A stretch of 64,000 bases of DNA, taken from Eledone cirrhosa (Eukaryota). Location: NCBI GenBank assembly GCA_964016885.1, contig OZ024742.1, positions 303,676,001 through 303,740,000 of the forward strand, given 5' to 3'. Both the position numbers and the translations under genes were made by a program. Positions 1-13,018 of the stretch are shown piece after piece; the first letter of the stretch is position 1, and every line of letters starts with the position of its first letter. The notes below the pieces were generated by a model. The model saw only the letters and a program-made list of their open reading frames with translations, was not told the DNA's origin and did not search any database.

Positions 1-136
1 TGAAACTGGTAAAAACTGTTTGTTAAAAATTGTTTGATGTAACAAATATCGACATTTGTTTGCTGGGCTTATTAAAAAAAATTATTTGTATTTCAACTGT
101 TACCCATACGCTATTATTTGTACTTCACCTACTTTT

Positions 137-212
<76 letters not shown>

Positions 213-216
<4 letters not shown>

Positions 217-585
217 AAGAATGAAGAGTAACATGGTTGGCTGTACAATAAGGGCTTTATTTAAAGTACTGACAATTGTTTCGTTGATCAGGTGAGTCTA
301 GAGTTCGCTAATCGCCTGCGTCATTCGATCTCCAGTACATTATTTACCTCTGGTTAACACACAAGAGTACGTAGATATAAAGCCCTTATTGTACAGCAAA
401 CCATGTTACTCTTCATTCTTTAAATATTATTACTCCAAGTACAACCTGCATAGACATTACCGAGAACTCGCTGCATAACCATGGAAGCATCTTGTAGAGT
501 CAAACAAAGCCGTACGTTAAAACTATCCACAACGCAGAGTACTCACAACCTCTAACTGGATTACCTATAGCGATAACTTCTTATC

Positions 586-588
<3 letters not shown>
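213..588. mobile_element. (TA)n-flanked fold-back mini-element, probable PLE pseudo-LTR derivative
   Basis: Inverted arms ~215-260 and ~377-423, then an unpaired tail to 588. A degenerate minus-strand HHR (ctggaga...GAAA-caattg-TC-agtac) lies at ~266-339. (TA)n on both sides. Confidence 0.65.
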
Positions 589-648
<60 letters not shown>

Positions 649-676
649 TGGTTACACAACAGTTAGTTCGCCATAC

Positions 677-714
677 CGAGAACAATTGTTTCACCTTAGC
701 GGATCCTCAGCTCG
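677..714 (-). ncRNA. Minimal type I hammerhead ribozyme (antisense copy)
   Basis: Minus strand reads cgag-CTGAGGA-tccgctaaggt-GAAA-caattg-TT-ctcg. Confidence 0.75.
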
Positions 715-1108
715 TAATGGACGTGGTTATAAGAAATAGGAAGGACAACCGTACGAACGCGCATACGCAGAATCAATCACTTCACACAGGCAATACTAAA
801 TTGAGTGCGAGAGGTGTAAGGGAGATAACTGCGAAAGTCAGAAAGTTTCTAGTTGATAAGAAAAGTACGATGTTGTTGTAATTCAATCCGGAGCTTTGTA
901 GCTATGTAAGAGGTTTTTCCAGACAAAGCTCCGGATTGAATTACAACAACATCCTAATTTTCTTATCAACTAGAAAATTTCTGACTTTCACACTTATCCG
1001 CCTTGCACCTCTCGCACGCAATTTACTTTCTACCTGTGTGAAGTGATACTTTCTGCGCATGCGCGTTCGTACGGTTGTCCTTCCTGTTCCGTATAACCAT
1101 GTCCATTA

Positions 1109-1146
1109 CGAGCTGAGGATCCACTAAGGTGAAACAATTGTTCTCG
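1109..1146 (+). ncRNA. Minimal type I hammerhead ribozyme
   Basis: cgag-CTGAGGA-tccactaaggt-GAAA-caattg-TT-ctcg. Helix I is cgag/ctcg, helix III is palindromic, cleavage triplet GUU. Confidence 0.78.
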
Positions 1147-1265
1147 GTATGATGAACTAACTGTTGTGTAACCACTTCTACCTAACTCGTCCCTTGGACT
1201 GAGTGCTCTACCTCTACGGATATTTTTCCAGTGTTCTAGCACTATATATATATATATATATATAT

Positions 1266-1455
1266 ATAATTTCAAACCCACTCGCTGTTTCGAAAATATT
1301 CTTATTTGATATATATATATATATATCAAATAAGAATATTTTCGAAACAGCGAGTGGGTTTGAAATTATAAGTGTAAGCTATCGCCGTATTTTGACTAAA
1401 GAAACTAAAGAAAATTATTTAACCTGATAGTGGGGTTAAGAACCCTCGGAGAAGT
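1266..1455. repeat. Short near-perfect hairpin centred on a TA tract, plus tail
   Basis: Arms ~1266-1310 and ~1325-1370 (tttcaaacccactcgctgtttcgaaaatattcttatttg and its reverse complement), then an unpaired tail to the next (TA)n. Confidence 0.65.
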
Positions 1456-1465
1456 TATATATATA

Positions 1466-2502
1466 TAATAAAAGTATGTGTTCCTGCATGTAAATTATAC
1501 ACAAAGGGATACAAGTATAGTCTGACCGTATGCAAGTCTGGTCCAATGGCAAGTTGATAAATTAACAAGCCAGAACATATAAAATCAAGGAAAAGCAAAT
1601 AAAGAAAAAATGTTTAAATAAATAAAAAAAAATTCACTGTACTTACTATATCTGTCTTTACCGCGGAGATACCAACACAAATAGACAATCAAAGTGGATT
1701 TACATTGAGAAAGAGATCGTCGTCAGAAGGCTTTTCTCTCTCGGAGAATATAAGATTCCCGAGTTCAAAATACAAACTGGCGCCATACAAATCTGCCCCA
1801 GCAAATGAATGATGAAACAATTCTGTTTAGTACCGTGTGCAAAGACTGAAAGCAAGGTGGACAGGTCAATCTCTGGCTACTAAAATAGCAGCCGTTCAAA
1901 TTTTAAAATAAATTTCAAAAAATTCACTGTACTTACTATATGTAGCTTTACCGCGGCACATATAGTAAGTACAGTGAATCTTTTGAAATTTATTAAAAAT
2001 GTTTTTCTTTATTTGCTTTTCCTTGATTTTATATGTTCTGGCTTGTTAATTTATTAACTTGCCATTGAACCACACTTGAATACGGTCGGACTATACTGTA
2101 TCCCTATGTGTATTATTTACATGCAGGAACACATACTTTTATTATTATTCTCCCCCAACGGCAGAGAAACCTTTGGTAATTTGAACCGCTGCTATTTTTA
2201 GTAGCGAGAGATTGATCTGTCCACCTTGCTTTTAGTCATTGCACACGGTACTAAACAAAATTGTTTCATCATTCACATGCTGAGGCAGTTTTGTATGGCG
2301 TCAGTTTGTATTTTGAACTCGGGAATCTTATATTCTCCGAGAGAGAAAAGCCTTCTGACGAGGATCTCTTTCTCAATGGAAATCTGCTTTGATTATCTAT
2401 TTGTTTTGGGATCTGAAACCGCGGTAAAGGCACATATAGTGAGTAAAGTGAATTTTTTGAAATATATTTAAATTTTTTTTCTTTATTTGCTTTTCCTTGA
2501 TT
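1466..2502. mobile_element. Complex inverted/direct multimer of a PLE-type pseudo-LTR
   Basis: 1466-1650 is inverted against ~1957-2145, ~1585-1901 is inverted against ~2180-2502, and ~1620-1666 is repeated at ~1910-1956. Contains an HHR at 2350-2431. Confidence 0.7.
2350..2431 (+). ncRNA. Type I hammerhead ribozyme with a long helix II loop
   Basis: gcctt-CTGACGA-ggatctc...gggatct-GAAA-ccgcgg-TA-aaggc. 5-bp helix I, 7-bp helix II with G.U pairs, palindromic helix III, GUA triplet. Confidence 0.8.
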
Positions 2503-2541
2503 ATATATATATAAATGGGGGTGTGTATATATATATAGAGG

Positions 2542-2583
<42 letters not shown>

Positions 2584-3450
2584 GCAGCAAGAATATCTCT
2601 CATATTTTAAGGGTTGACCGTATAAAATATGGGAAGTTTTTCTGCCGCACCATGTATATATCATTCTCCTAGTTAAAAAAAAAAACTAGTACGTGAGCTT
2701 AATCTGGGGTTGAATGATTATTACTTTGTTTTATTTACACCAAGAATTCATGCTTAGATAATTCAAAGTGACATTCTTCTTTTAAAAACTGGACTACTAT
2801 AGAACTTTGCAGTATTGTACTAGCAACAAATGCCTTCTGATGATGATGTAGCCTGTTCGAATTGCCTAATAAGAGGTAAATTGTTATTTTCACTTTTGTC
2901 TCGATTATCAATTATATATATATCATTGCCATTGTCGTGTTCCTTTCATTTCTGTAGTGTTTTATATATTTTAGGAGAGGTGGGTTCTCTTGTTATTTTA
3001 TATTTATATCACGTTTTGTGTGGCTAAATGTTTCATTTTATTTTCAGAATGTATTCTATCAATAAGTTTGATTATTTCGATTTGAAGACTTTAATCTTTC
3101 GAGTACTAAGTCTTTGTACCTTTCCTAGTGTGTTTCCCCTTATATTTTCTCTTCTGTTTTTGTACATTTGTATCATTAGGTCATGTCTCTTTTATGATGC
3201 CTCTGTCCATTAGCTAGAATGGTGTGTCGAATACATATAATACATCAACATGACCATCGTTTGTCCATCCTTCTCATTTAGTTTTGCTTTTCTTTTGTTT
3301 GTTTAGTGTTAATATTTTGAGATTACATCGTCTCAGAATTCTATGTTACGGGATTACGCATGAAACTCAGAAAGAAATTCACCAGTAATTTTTTTCTATT
3401 TTTTTCCGTTGATAGATTTATCTCCGGTTATAGTTGATTGTTTTATCATT

Positions 3451-3499
<49 letters not shown>

Positions 3500-3654
3500 T
3501 GTTGTTGTTGTTGTTGCATGAGGGGGGGGGAGAATGAGGAGGAAGGGGATGGGGTAGAAGAAGGAGGAGGAGGAGGAGCACTAGTATTAGTGACGGTGTT
3601 ATGGTAGTGGTAGAAGAAGAAGAAGAAGAAGTGGTGGAAGATGATTTCTACTAT

Positions 3655-3790
3655 AGCCAGTAATTTTGGGGGAGAGGAAAGTCGATTAAATCGACCCTAG
3701 TACTGGTACTTTATTTTATCGACCCCATAAGGATGAAAGGCAAAGTTAACCTCGGCAGGATAAAGTCGTGGAAGACAATGATGCGAAGCA
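3655..3790 (-). mobile_element. tRNA-derived SINE, partial
   Basis: Reverse complement of the core gccgaggttaactttgcctttcatccttatggggtcgataaaataaagtaccag shared with the copy at 20449. Confidence 0.8.
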
Positions 3791-5479
3791 TGTGAGAGCA
3801 AAACTGGAAATTATAATCGTAAGAATTAAAACGATTCAATTTACATCTTCACCGTGACCGTAACGTGGTGTTGAATTAGTCGATACCTCAATTTTTATTC
3901 CTGGTTGAAGACTCATGTCTCGTTTACGATCAATTATACCATTGGTAAAAAATAAACTCGAATACTTCTAAACTTTATACCTTTTCACCTACAATTTTGA
4001 CGATGCATGTACATGTAGTAAATTGTTAAAACAATATGCAGATTTTATCGGTAAAGTGGTTTCGTAGTCAGAAGTTAAGAAATCATCAATGTGTGTCGGT
4101 TCGATTTTTACTCGAATGTCGTTGACTAATTTCCTTTTGAAAATTTAAACGTTTCCAGATTTCTATGTATCTTATTGAAATTAAAGCCTCTGTGTTTACT
4201 AAAACGTAACTGATTAAAAAAAAGTGGAATTGTATTCATATAATAATGATTACGTATTTAAACAATGATTAAGTATCTACGTATTTAAATAAATCGATTT
4301 TTTTTTAACCGAGATAATTGACAAAAAAATGGCAAAACTTAAAACGCTTTGATTGCATCAACTCTCAAATTTATTTTCATTGCACTAGAGAGATGAAAGG
4401 CAAATTTGACTCGCATTGGATTCATGAACAAATCAAAAGAGAGTTTAGAATTTGATTACAAAACTAGTTTTCAGAAGAGAAATAGACGTAACTACTGTAC
4501 TCTACAATTTGTGCTGCTCTACATCGTCATCGTTATCTCGATAAAGTTTAGAGAAAAGTTCAATCCATTCCAGTATTCAAACAGAACTTAATTCAAAATT
4601 TCAGTTATTTAAAAACAAACAGAATTTGGTAGGAATGCTTCCTTTGCCAATTTACCAGCCTGCAAACATGATTGTATTATCTAAAAGACAAGTATTTCTG
4701 TGGTGATGGAAGAAAAGGAATTATAGTATTTTATTAGCCACAATACACAAGAATTTGCGAACAATTTATCGACGAGTACATTAGGTGTAGCAATAATAAA
4801 CATTATAATAAATGTGCTGGAATACGAAGTGTGCTGCAATACGAGGGGTTTACACTTAGGGTAAATCCAGGGAAAGCTCCTCACAAATCACCAAATACCT
4901 TGTTTCTTCAAGGACCCTCTCAGGGTTATTTCCTCCTACTTAGAAAAGCATACTACAAGGCCCACTCAGATTTGTAAATTTTCACCGCCCTCATTCATCT
5001 TTCATGAAACACTTTAGAAGGTATCACCTTATCACCTACCCCTTTACCCCCATCTTCCTCTTCGAGTAGTACTTGTAGAAGTTAATGAGGGCTTCCCGGA
5101 GAGGAAGATTGCTGTCCACAAAACGTTTAGACATGTCCAACATACAGCATTGCTACCATGCAGAAGAGAACTTGTCGCACCTCTATTCTAAGGGATTGGG
5201 AGTTTAATTATGAATATAGACACGGTTGATAACAGGATCAGTACTACACGTGTTGATAGCTATCCGGCATCAGTCCACCATCCAGAAAGGATTTTGAATT
5301 GCAGAAGTAACATAACCACTCCCCGTAGTACTGTCATGTTCGACCCATAGCTTTCATTTGAGAAGGAAAAATGGACTCATTGTGATAGGCATAGCAAGAG
5401 CCTTTCCTGGCAAGCCTTTATAATTTCTGTAAGTATCACTAACTGAAGAAAATACAACCCACCAGTAAATTTTCGAAAT

Positions 5480-6300
5480 GTACGTGTGTGCAAGAATTGA
5501 TGTGGTTACATACGTGGCTGTAAGGAAAAAAACTTGGAGCAGGTACTATCGTTAAGTGAGTCAATACAATCTGGAATGATGTGGAGATATGTCAAATCAA
5601 CTTATGGAGGAGATTTTCGTGATCTTATTTTTCTGTCCCTCGTGTTTCTTTCCTTCTGCTTATTATTTAATCCATTTTTTAAAAATACTTTCATCATTGT
5701 ATGCTCAACAGTAAATGTGGTTCATTGTTTTGTTGTTCTAGACCTGATGTATTCTGTTTCATTAAATATTGTTATAAGTTTCTAGTGTGGGTGATTTGTT
5801 CCCGTGCTGCAATAAAATATCATCCACTGTCATTCAGTGCGAATATTATTTTAAATATATTCTCTCACCTTTTTCAGTTTTTTCAGTTATTGGTAATGGA
5901 TTAACTTCTTCTAGCATGGATTTCCCTTGATATTGCATAGTTCTGTTTACAACATAGTTTCTAATTTGTTCTTTGTTTTTATTATACTCTCTCTATCGTT
6001 ATTATTTTTTGCAGCAGTTCATTTTCAATGCATATTTATACTGTAAAACTAAACTTACATATATGTGTCCTTGCTACGTGCTGAGTGTTCTTGTCAATTA
6101 TTCGTGCTGTTTTTATTGTTTGAAGTGACTCTAGTGAGTATTTGTTCTATATTTATGTCCTCCATTTCTGCTATGCGTTTTTCTGCATCTTTTAAAAACA
6201 TTCTCGATGACATATTACAGTGGGAATTGTTTCTATTTTTTTTGTTTACGTATTTTGTTTATTTGAAGTTCCAAATATTTGGATATTGTTAACAACACTA
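5480..6300 (-). pseudogene. Highly degraded R4/Dong-like LINE C-terminal fragment
   Basis: Minus-strand translation near 5780-5825 gives FIAAREQITHTRN, resembling the xIAAQDQxxxTRNY motif of R4/Dong ORFs. Many stops and frameshifts. Boundaries approximate. Confidence 0.4.
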
Positions 6301-7218
6301 ACTAAACAATAATTACAAGGGTATCTATTCCAAAGAACACCGACATAAACCGACCCCTCACTTACACACATACATCAACATGTCCTTGTCTTCCGACCTC
6401 TCATCAAGCTAAGAGTGAGAGAGGCAAACATTGTAAATTATGAGTTCGAAGCTCAGTTGTGATTGGTCGTTTCATGCGCAAAGTAGTCGGATGCCAAATA
6501 CACCTCCAACCAGCAAACAATCATGCCAACGAGGGACCCTTTTGTAGGCACTTGACCTGCTAGTAAAAGCAGCCAAATGTCCCTTATATCACCCTCTAGC
6601 GTCTTATATAAGGACTGGATAGATAAACTAATGTAGACTGTAGTTCCTCCATTAATACTGTATGTTCATACCCGCTGTACTTCGATTATCAACAACAACT
6701 TTATAAATGACAAATTAACGGTTTACGACAGTAACGTAAAAAAATGTGTCATCAAAGAAGCACTGACTGTAGATAATTAACCAGTAACGTTTCTAAACAA
6801 CATCAACCAGCGTAAATCTTTCAACGCGGTCAAACACCAATCAGGATTGTTCTCTATAGAGAATTATACTAACACATTATATCCTATACGTATCATAATA
6901 ATAGTAACTCAACGTTCACTTGAAGTCACAAACATATTGACCATTTCTACAGAATTCTCTCACACTCATCAGCAATAAACCATCCACACGGACTTCTGCG
7001 TCGTTTTATTATATCCGAGCAAATATAAGCAGTGGAATTCATATAATTCGAAGTTTTTAGGGCCGTTATTTATTTTCTCTCTTCTAAAGAATCACATGTA
7101 CTAGGTTGCACGCATATAGCTACGGAGTTAATTTTAAATTTCGAAGGAATGAATAAATTTTGGTAAATATATCGACAGATTCTCCCCTGCGTATATCCAA
7201 CTATCTCTCTCTCACTCT

Positions 7219-7305
<87 letters not shown>

Positions 7306-7665
7306 AAAGAATAGAGGTGTAACACACAAGTTAAGATATATTGGTAAACGGAAAAGAAAATGCTGACAAATTGTTCACAGTGAAAAATAGTTTAATTAGG
7401 AATAAGTGAGAATTAGTAATAGTATTGGTTAGTATTCAGTTTTGGTTTTAAGTTTTACCGGTTGCGCATTTCTAATGCTTTTCAAAAATAATTTAGAGAT
7501 AGAGCGCCCGTGATGTTTGCTCTAATCTGATTAGTTTTGGAAATTCTACCTGTTTTTATGTTAAAAAAGAGGCTCCAGCGGTATTAAAATAAGTTTTGCG
7601 CCAATTCGTGTTGCAAAAATTCTTCTGGTCAAAACAATTTTGATTGGTTGGTAGAGGTCATGTGA

Positions 7666-9798
7666 ATGAAGATCTCCAAATTATGGGAAGGGGACTGCAA
7701 CAGTGAAGAACTGAAATCCCTTCAACGCTGGGAAAAAAGTGCCGCTTGGTTCCTACACTACGAATCGACTTTTCAAATGGATTACCCCTCCAATAACCCG
7801 TTCATAAAAATAGGAAAACCCATAACTGAACCGCACAACAACTTCGCAAACCCCCAAGCCACTAACAAACGAAGAAGGAAGCACCACACCGAAGATGAAC
7901 TTCCCAACCTCGTTACCATAAGAAGGAACAAAAACCCTAGAAATCATCTCCACCAGAATGACATTTATAACTTTCCCCCTTCAAGAAGACACCATACCAA
8001 ATCACTCAACTACTACGCGGATGCCTCATCGTCAAACATAGGGAAAAGATATCACCACCATGATAGATGTAACAACTTCCCCGCTTCAAGGGGACAGCAA
8101 GGTAATTTCCATTTTCTCAACTCTCGCTTCCACAATACACAACAAACCAACACCACACGATACAACCAACAACGTAGGCCACCTATAACACCACAATCCA
8201 ACATGGCACATAGAAACACACACCCATACTCGCAGTACAGGAACACCCCATTCAATCTACAACCACCAACCCGAACCACATTTTACAACAACAAGGAATA
8301 TAACAAACACAGGAGACCACTTAACATCAGCAGACAACCCCTCAACCCCAACCATTTTTTAGACGCAGCACAGATATAGGCAAACAAAATAACACAAGAC
8401 TGGGAGGAGAAACCGATAGTAATAAAAATTATCAATCTAACTAGTGCAGAACCAACACCCAACCTTATAAACTTACTCTCCAAAGGTCTTAAATTCACAC
8501 CCACCCCACTACGTCCTAACTACTATGAAATGAAGGAAGACATCACAGACTTCTGTAGAAAGTTACGACTCAGTGAAGAACTATCGACCAGTACAATGAG
8601 GATGAATCATTAGCCAGAAATAGAAGCAATTACACCCCATCAAAAGGTAGAAATGAAATCCTGGACTTATTCTGTGAACACATCACAAACTTCCCTTACC
8701 AACACTTGCACAGACAAAAACACAAGCCAAACCTCAACAAGAAAGAATGGGAAGAATTAAATAGATTAAAAACCGACAGAACCATTACAATTAAAGAGGC
8801 TGATAAAGGGAGTACAGTAGTCTTAATGGAGACAGAATTCTATATCAACTTAGCGCTCTCCACTTTGGAAAACAAAACATACTACGAAAAGGCTGAATAC
8901 TACAATCAACAGAAAATTATGATAAACCTAAAAACTCTGATCAACCAATCAAAGAAGGACTCACTAACAAGGAATTCAGCTTCATCACAGACTTCACAAG
9001 TAAATCCAGCCTTTTCTACGGTATCCCTAAAGTACATAAAAGCGAATTAATAAGTAAGGCATGCAAGGAAGCCACAGACATAGTCATCAATGTCCCCCCA
9101 CCCAATGATCTCAAATTAAGACCTATAATAGCAGGCCCCGCTTGCGAAACCCACCGCCTTAGCAACTTCATTGATACACTTCTCAAGCCTTTTCTCAAAC
9201 ACATTAAAAGCTATATAAAGGACGACCTAGATATGCTCAATCACCTCCCTAATATGCCCCTTTCTGAACAAACCCTACTAGTGACATTCGATGTAGTCAA
9301 CCTATACTCCAACATCCCCCACAATCTAGGAATAGAAGCTATCCAATTCTGGCTGGATAATTTCCACAATGAACTCCCACAACGCATCAAAAAAGAATTC
9401 GTGATAGAGGGACTCAAATTTATCTTGGAGAACAATTACTTCGTTTTCAATAACAAACCCTACAGGCAGAAATCTGGGACCGCTATGGGAACGAAAACAG
9501 CCCCCACTTATGCCAACCTAGTCATGGGATATCTGGAAATCACCCTCTACACTAAAGTCTTAAACAAATTTGGAAACACCCTCCACGCATGACTGTCCAT
9601 AGATCCCAAATTAAAATACGGGAATACAGGAAAATACCACTGAGTGAACACATTGATACCTGTGCCGCCCAAAATCATCCCAACTTCACAATCTTTCCCC
9701 TCTACAAATTTAAAGATAATGACACCCACACCCAGCGCATCAGCAAGGAATCTTACTTTATTAACAAATACGGATCCCGTCTAAACACTTCTCCCTAA
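7666..9798 (+). pseudogene. PLE reverse transcriptase/GIY-YIG ORF, disrupted
   Basis: Motifs LLSKGLKFTPTP, ADKGSTVV, FYGIPKVHK, RPIIAG, FDVVNLYSNIPH and GTAMGTKTAPTYANL, then a jump at ~9580 to the GIY-YIG C-terminus (RISKESYFINKYGSRLN). The YxDD motif is deleted; stops and frameshifts present. Confidence 0.88.
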
Positions 9799-10554
9799 GA
9801 CGAACCCACAACATACACATGTCAACATACATACCTACATCAGCATACATCTCTACCCACATATAAACACAATGACATACGTAAACACACATGTTCTATG
9901 GTGCAACACAAATATACACAAATTTGCATACCTTTTGATGTCTATAGATATAAACGTGCCGACACACACAAATACATAAACGCACACATGCATTGCACAC
10001 TGATGGGCACATACATATTTATACACAAGTATTCCAATACGACAAGGCCTAATGGATTCCCCTTGCAGTACGTACAATCTGGACACACACCAGATACACA
10101 TTTGTACACAAGTATACAATTTCTAGAGACACTCCAGATACATGTGTACAATTTGTACACAAGTATACAATTTGTGCACAGGCATACAATTTCTGGACAC
10201 ACTCCAGATACATATTTGTACACAGGTATTCCAATACGGCAAGGCCTAATGGATTCCCCTTGCAGTACGTACAATCTGGACACACTCACACACACCTTGG
10301 TATTATGCCAATACTATATATCATTTCACACATTTTATTATTAAGGTTCTTGATGTTCTATTGAGAGAATCGATTTTACTCAAAATATCGAATAATGTAC
10401 ACCATTTCACCAGTACCACAAAAATAATTACTGGTCCACCCACCCACACACACACACACATATTCTCTCTCACACACACACACACACACGTGTATGCGCA
10501 CACACGCACATATATACACACACACATACACACGCGTACATTAACATAAACAGA

Positions 10555-10599
<45 letters not shown>

Positions 10600-11120
10600 A
10601 CACACACACACTCCTCCGTATAAGACAAGAGCTGAAAAATATCTGTTAACATGTTAAAATATCCCCACACACTTACAGACACATTCCTACTAACCATCCC
10701 TCTATCACGAATTACTCTGCTACACACACAGACACACACTTGTCTTAATAGGCATTTGAACTGTCAATAGGTTGCGGTTCGCACACACATCCCTGCTGAC
10801 CATTATCACAACAGCGAACTTCTTTACTACTACTACTACACACACACACACACACACACACATATTTGTTTTGAAAGACTTATTTTTCAGTGACTTCTCA
10901 ATCAGCCGACACAAACCTACATTTGGCGCAAAATCAATTTTTAACATTCACATGACCTCTACCGACCAATCAAAATTGTTTTGACCACAAGAATTTTTGC
11001 AACACGAATTGGCGCAAAACTTATTTTAATACCGCTGGAGCCACTTTTTTAACATAAAAACAGGTAGAATTTCCAAAATTAATCAGATTAGAGCAAACAT
11101 CACGGACGCTCTATCTCAAA

Positions 11121-11160
11121 ATTATTTTTGAAAAGCATTAGAAATGCGCAACCGGTAAAA
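11121..11160 (+). ncRNA. Variant-core hammerhead-like motif in PLE pseudo-LTR (also 7453-7492 minus and 60155-60196 plus)
   Basis: ttt-TTGAAAA-gcatt/aatgc-GCAA-ccgg-TA-aaa. HHR topology with U3-A8 and A13C, same core in three copies. Helix I is weak. Confidence 0.5.
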
Positions 11161-11269
11161 CTTAAAACCAAAACTGAATACTAACCAATAATATTACTAA
11201 TTCTCACTTATTCCTAATTAAACTATTTTTTCACTGTGAACAATTTGTCAGCATTTTCTTTTCCGTTTA

Positions 11270-11363
<94 letters not shown>

Positions 11364-11383
11364 CGTGTACGAGTCTAATTCTG

Positions 11384-11431
<48 letters not shown>

Positions 11432-11453
11432 CGTGTACGAGTCTAATTCTGTA

Positions 11454-11497
<44 letters not shown>

Positions 11498-11577
11498 GTT
11501 GCACTCGTACACACGGATATATAGAATGACAAAGAGAAGAGAGAGGTAGTTGTATAGACATATATATATATATATAT

Positions 11578-13018
11578 ATAGCAGATGTACCCGGCGTTGC
11601 TCGGGGTTTGATATTATGCTAAGAATATACAGCTAGGAAGTAAAAGAAGAACATTATTTGTTCCCAACCTGTCAAAATACCAGAAGTCTTCAATAATTAA
11701 TGCAAACGAATATTTAGTGCAATCTTTGTACACATAAAACTATGCTGATAATGAAGGAAAACACTGAACAGGATGTAGTTACACAAATGATTAAAGACAA
11801 TACACGTTGCAAATCTGTAAAAAAAACAGGCAGTTTTGCTAAAGTACAAAAAGTTGTAATGAAAGCACAGTTGTATACAAACAAAAAAACAATGAGAGTA
11901 GAATAAGAGAAAATCTATTCTTTGAGAGCATCCTTTGCTGTGTATGGTTAAATTTTTAACGTATAATCCAAAATATCCTGCATGACATATTCATTGGTAT
12001 GTTTTGTAATGAGTAAGGTGAAGTCAAGGCAGAGCTGTAATAAGTTTTTTTGTTAACACTAAAGCACTTCAGGATAGACGATATTCTTTGTTTTTCTTTT
12101 CGGAACAAACACAGAGATTATCTCGATTGCCAACTCGTGAGCAGGCGTTTTGCACCGAAAGAGGTCATTTGAAACGCAATGTTGTACTGTCGGATATGCT
12201 TCAGAAAATCACGTGATTGTGAATGCTTACCTGTTAGAAACATCTGGAGAGGTTGCGGTGGTTCCCTAAGGGTGGGCAAATTAACCTTGTCTATGTTCTG
12301 TTATCGGTGGAACGTCATTTACACGCATTGTTTTCTTCGACCGATAGCTAATATGTGCATACTTTATTTTACGGGGCATATTTGTTGAAAAGTTGTAAAG
12401 TCAAAATGTATGAATTGAAGCGTTACAGTTAACTTTGAAAGTGCAACAAATTTTTTTTTGTATCAACATGGCTTATGAAAGTTTTAAAAATGTAAAAGTT
12501 GTAGGTCTGAATGTTTTGAATGGAAAGTCCCATAACGATTGTTCTAAAAATAAACAAACCATCATCAAAATCTCGTCAATTCGGGACTGCTGCGAGATTA
12601 GGCCCTTAACGCGAAAATTAACACTTAATATAGTGAAACAAGTTAAAACAATAACTGTTTTTTTAACTTTGAAAGTGCAACAAAGAATAAACAAGAAAGA
12701 AACAATAATATTAGTGATTTATCTTCAAATGAATGTGATGTTTATATTTCTGAAAAGTTGGTTATCTCCCTTTTTTATAAGGATTGTCAATAAAGTTTGT
12801 TATCTCCCTTACATCAATTTTTCAACCGATAATTTTAATATCGATTTTTTATTGCTCAACGTGGTTCGATTTGAAGAATGTTTGTGATGTGACAATCTGA
12901 GCGACCTGTGTAATGTGCACAGAAAATTTGGTCAAATTCAGTTGGTAATTGTAAAAGCCTTAAGTATGCAAAGTTGTACACAGACACATACACATCCTCG
13001 CTTTTATATATATAAAGA
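11578..13018 (-). mobile_element. Non-autonomous Helitron
   Basis: Minus strand starts TC at 13018 (tctttatatatataaaa) and ends with the GC hairpin cccgagcaacgccggg (11590-11605) followed by CTAT, a variant of CTAG. Contains an internal helicase remnant. Confidence 0.8.
12059..12146 (-). pseudogene. Helitron PIF1-like helicase C-terminal remnant
   Basis: ACSRVGNRDNL, frameshift, then KTKNIVYPEVL*, the typical RepHel C-terminus. Confidence 0.8.

Larger units (their letters stand above)
646..1242. mobile_element. (TA)n-flanked fold-back mini-element with an HHR in each arm
   Basis: ~255-bp imperfect inverted arms 646-899 and 923-1177, a 23-bp spacer and a tail 1178-1242. (TA)n on both sides. 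Confidence 0.8.
7336..11277 (+). mobile_element. Penelope-like retroelement, internally deleted, with inverted pseudo-LTRs
   Basis: ~330-bp inverted terminal repeats 7336-7668 and 10945-11277 enclose PLE RT and GIY-YIG remnants. Lies in a (TA)n context. Confidence 0.9.

Noticed and set aside
1-140. GAAA-ctgg-TA-aaa at the window start as an HHR 3' half
   Set aside because: Any 5' half would lie outside the window, so it cannot be supported.
2833-2876. ctgatga...gaat...ta hammerhead-like string
   Set aside because: GAAT core, no helix II or III and a bulged helix I; at best a decayed remnant.
6480-6660. Old dispersed repeat with possible antisense relatives near 21090-21280 and 45770-45940
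   Set aside because: Too diverged to align or classify reliably by eye.
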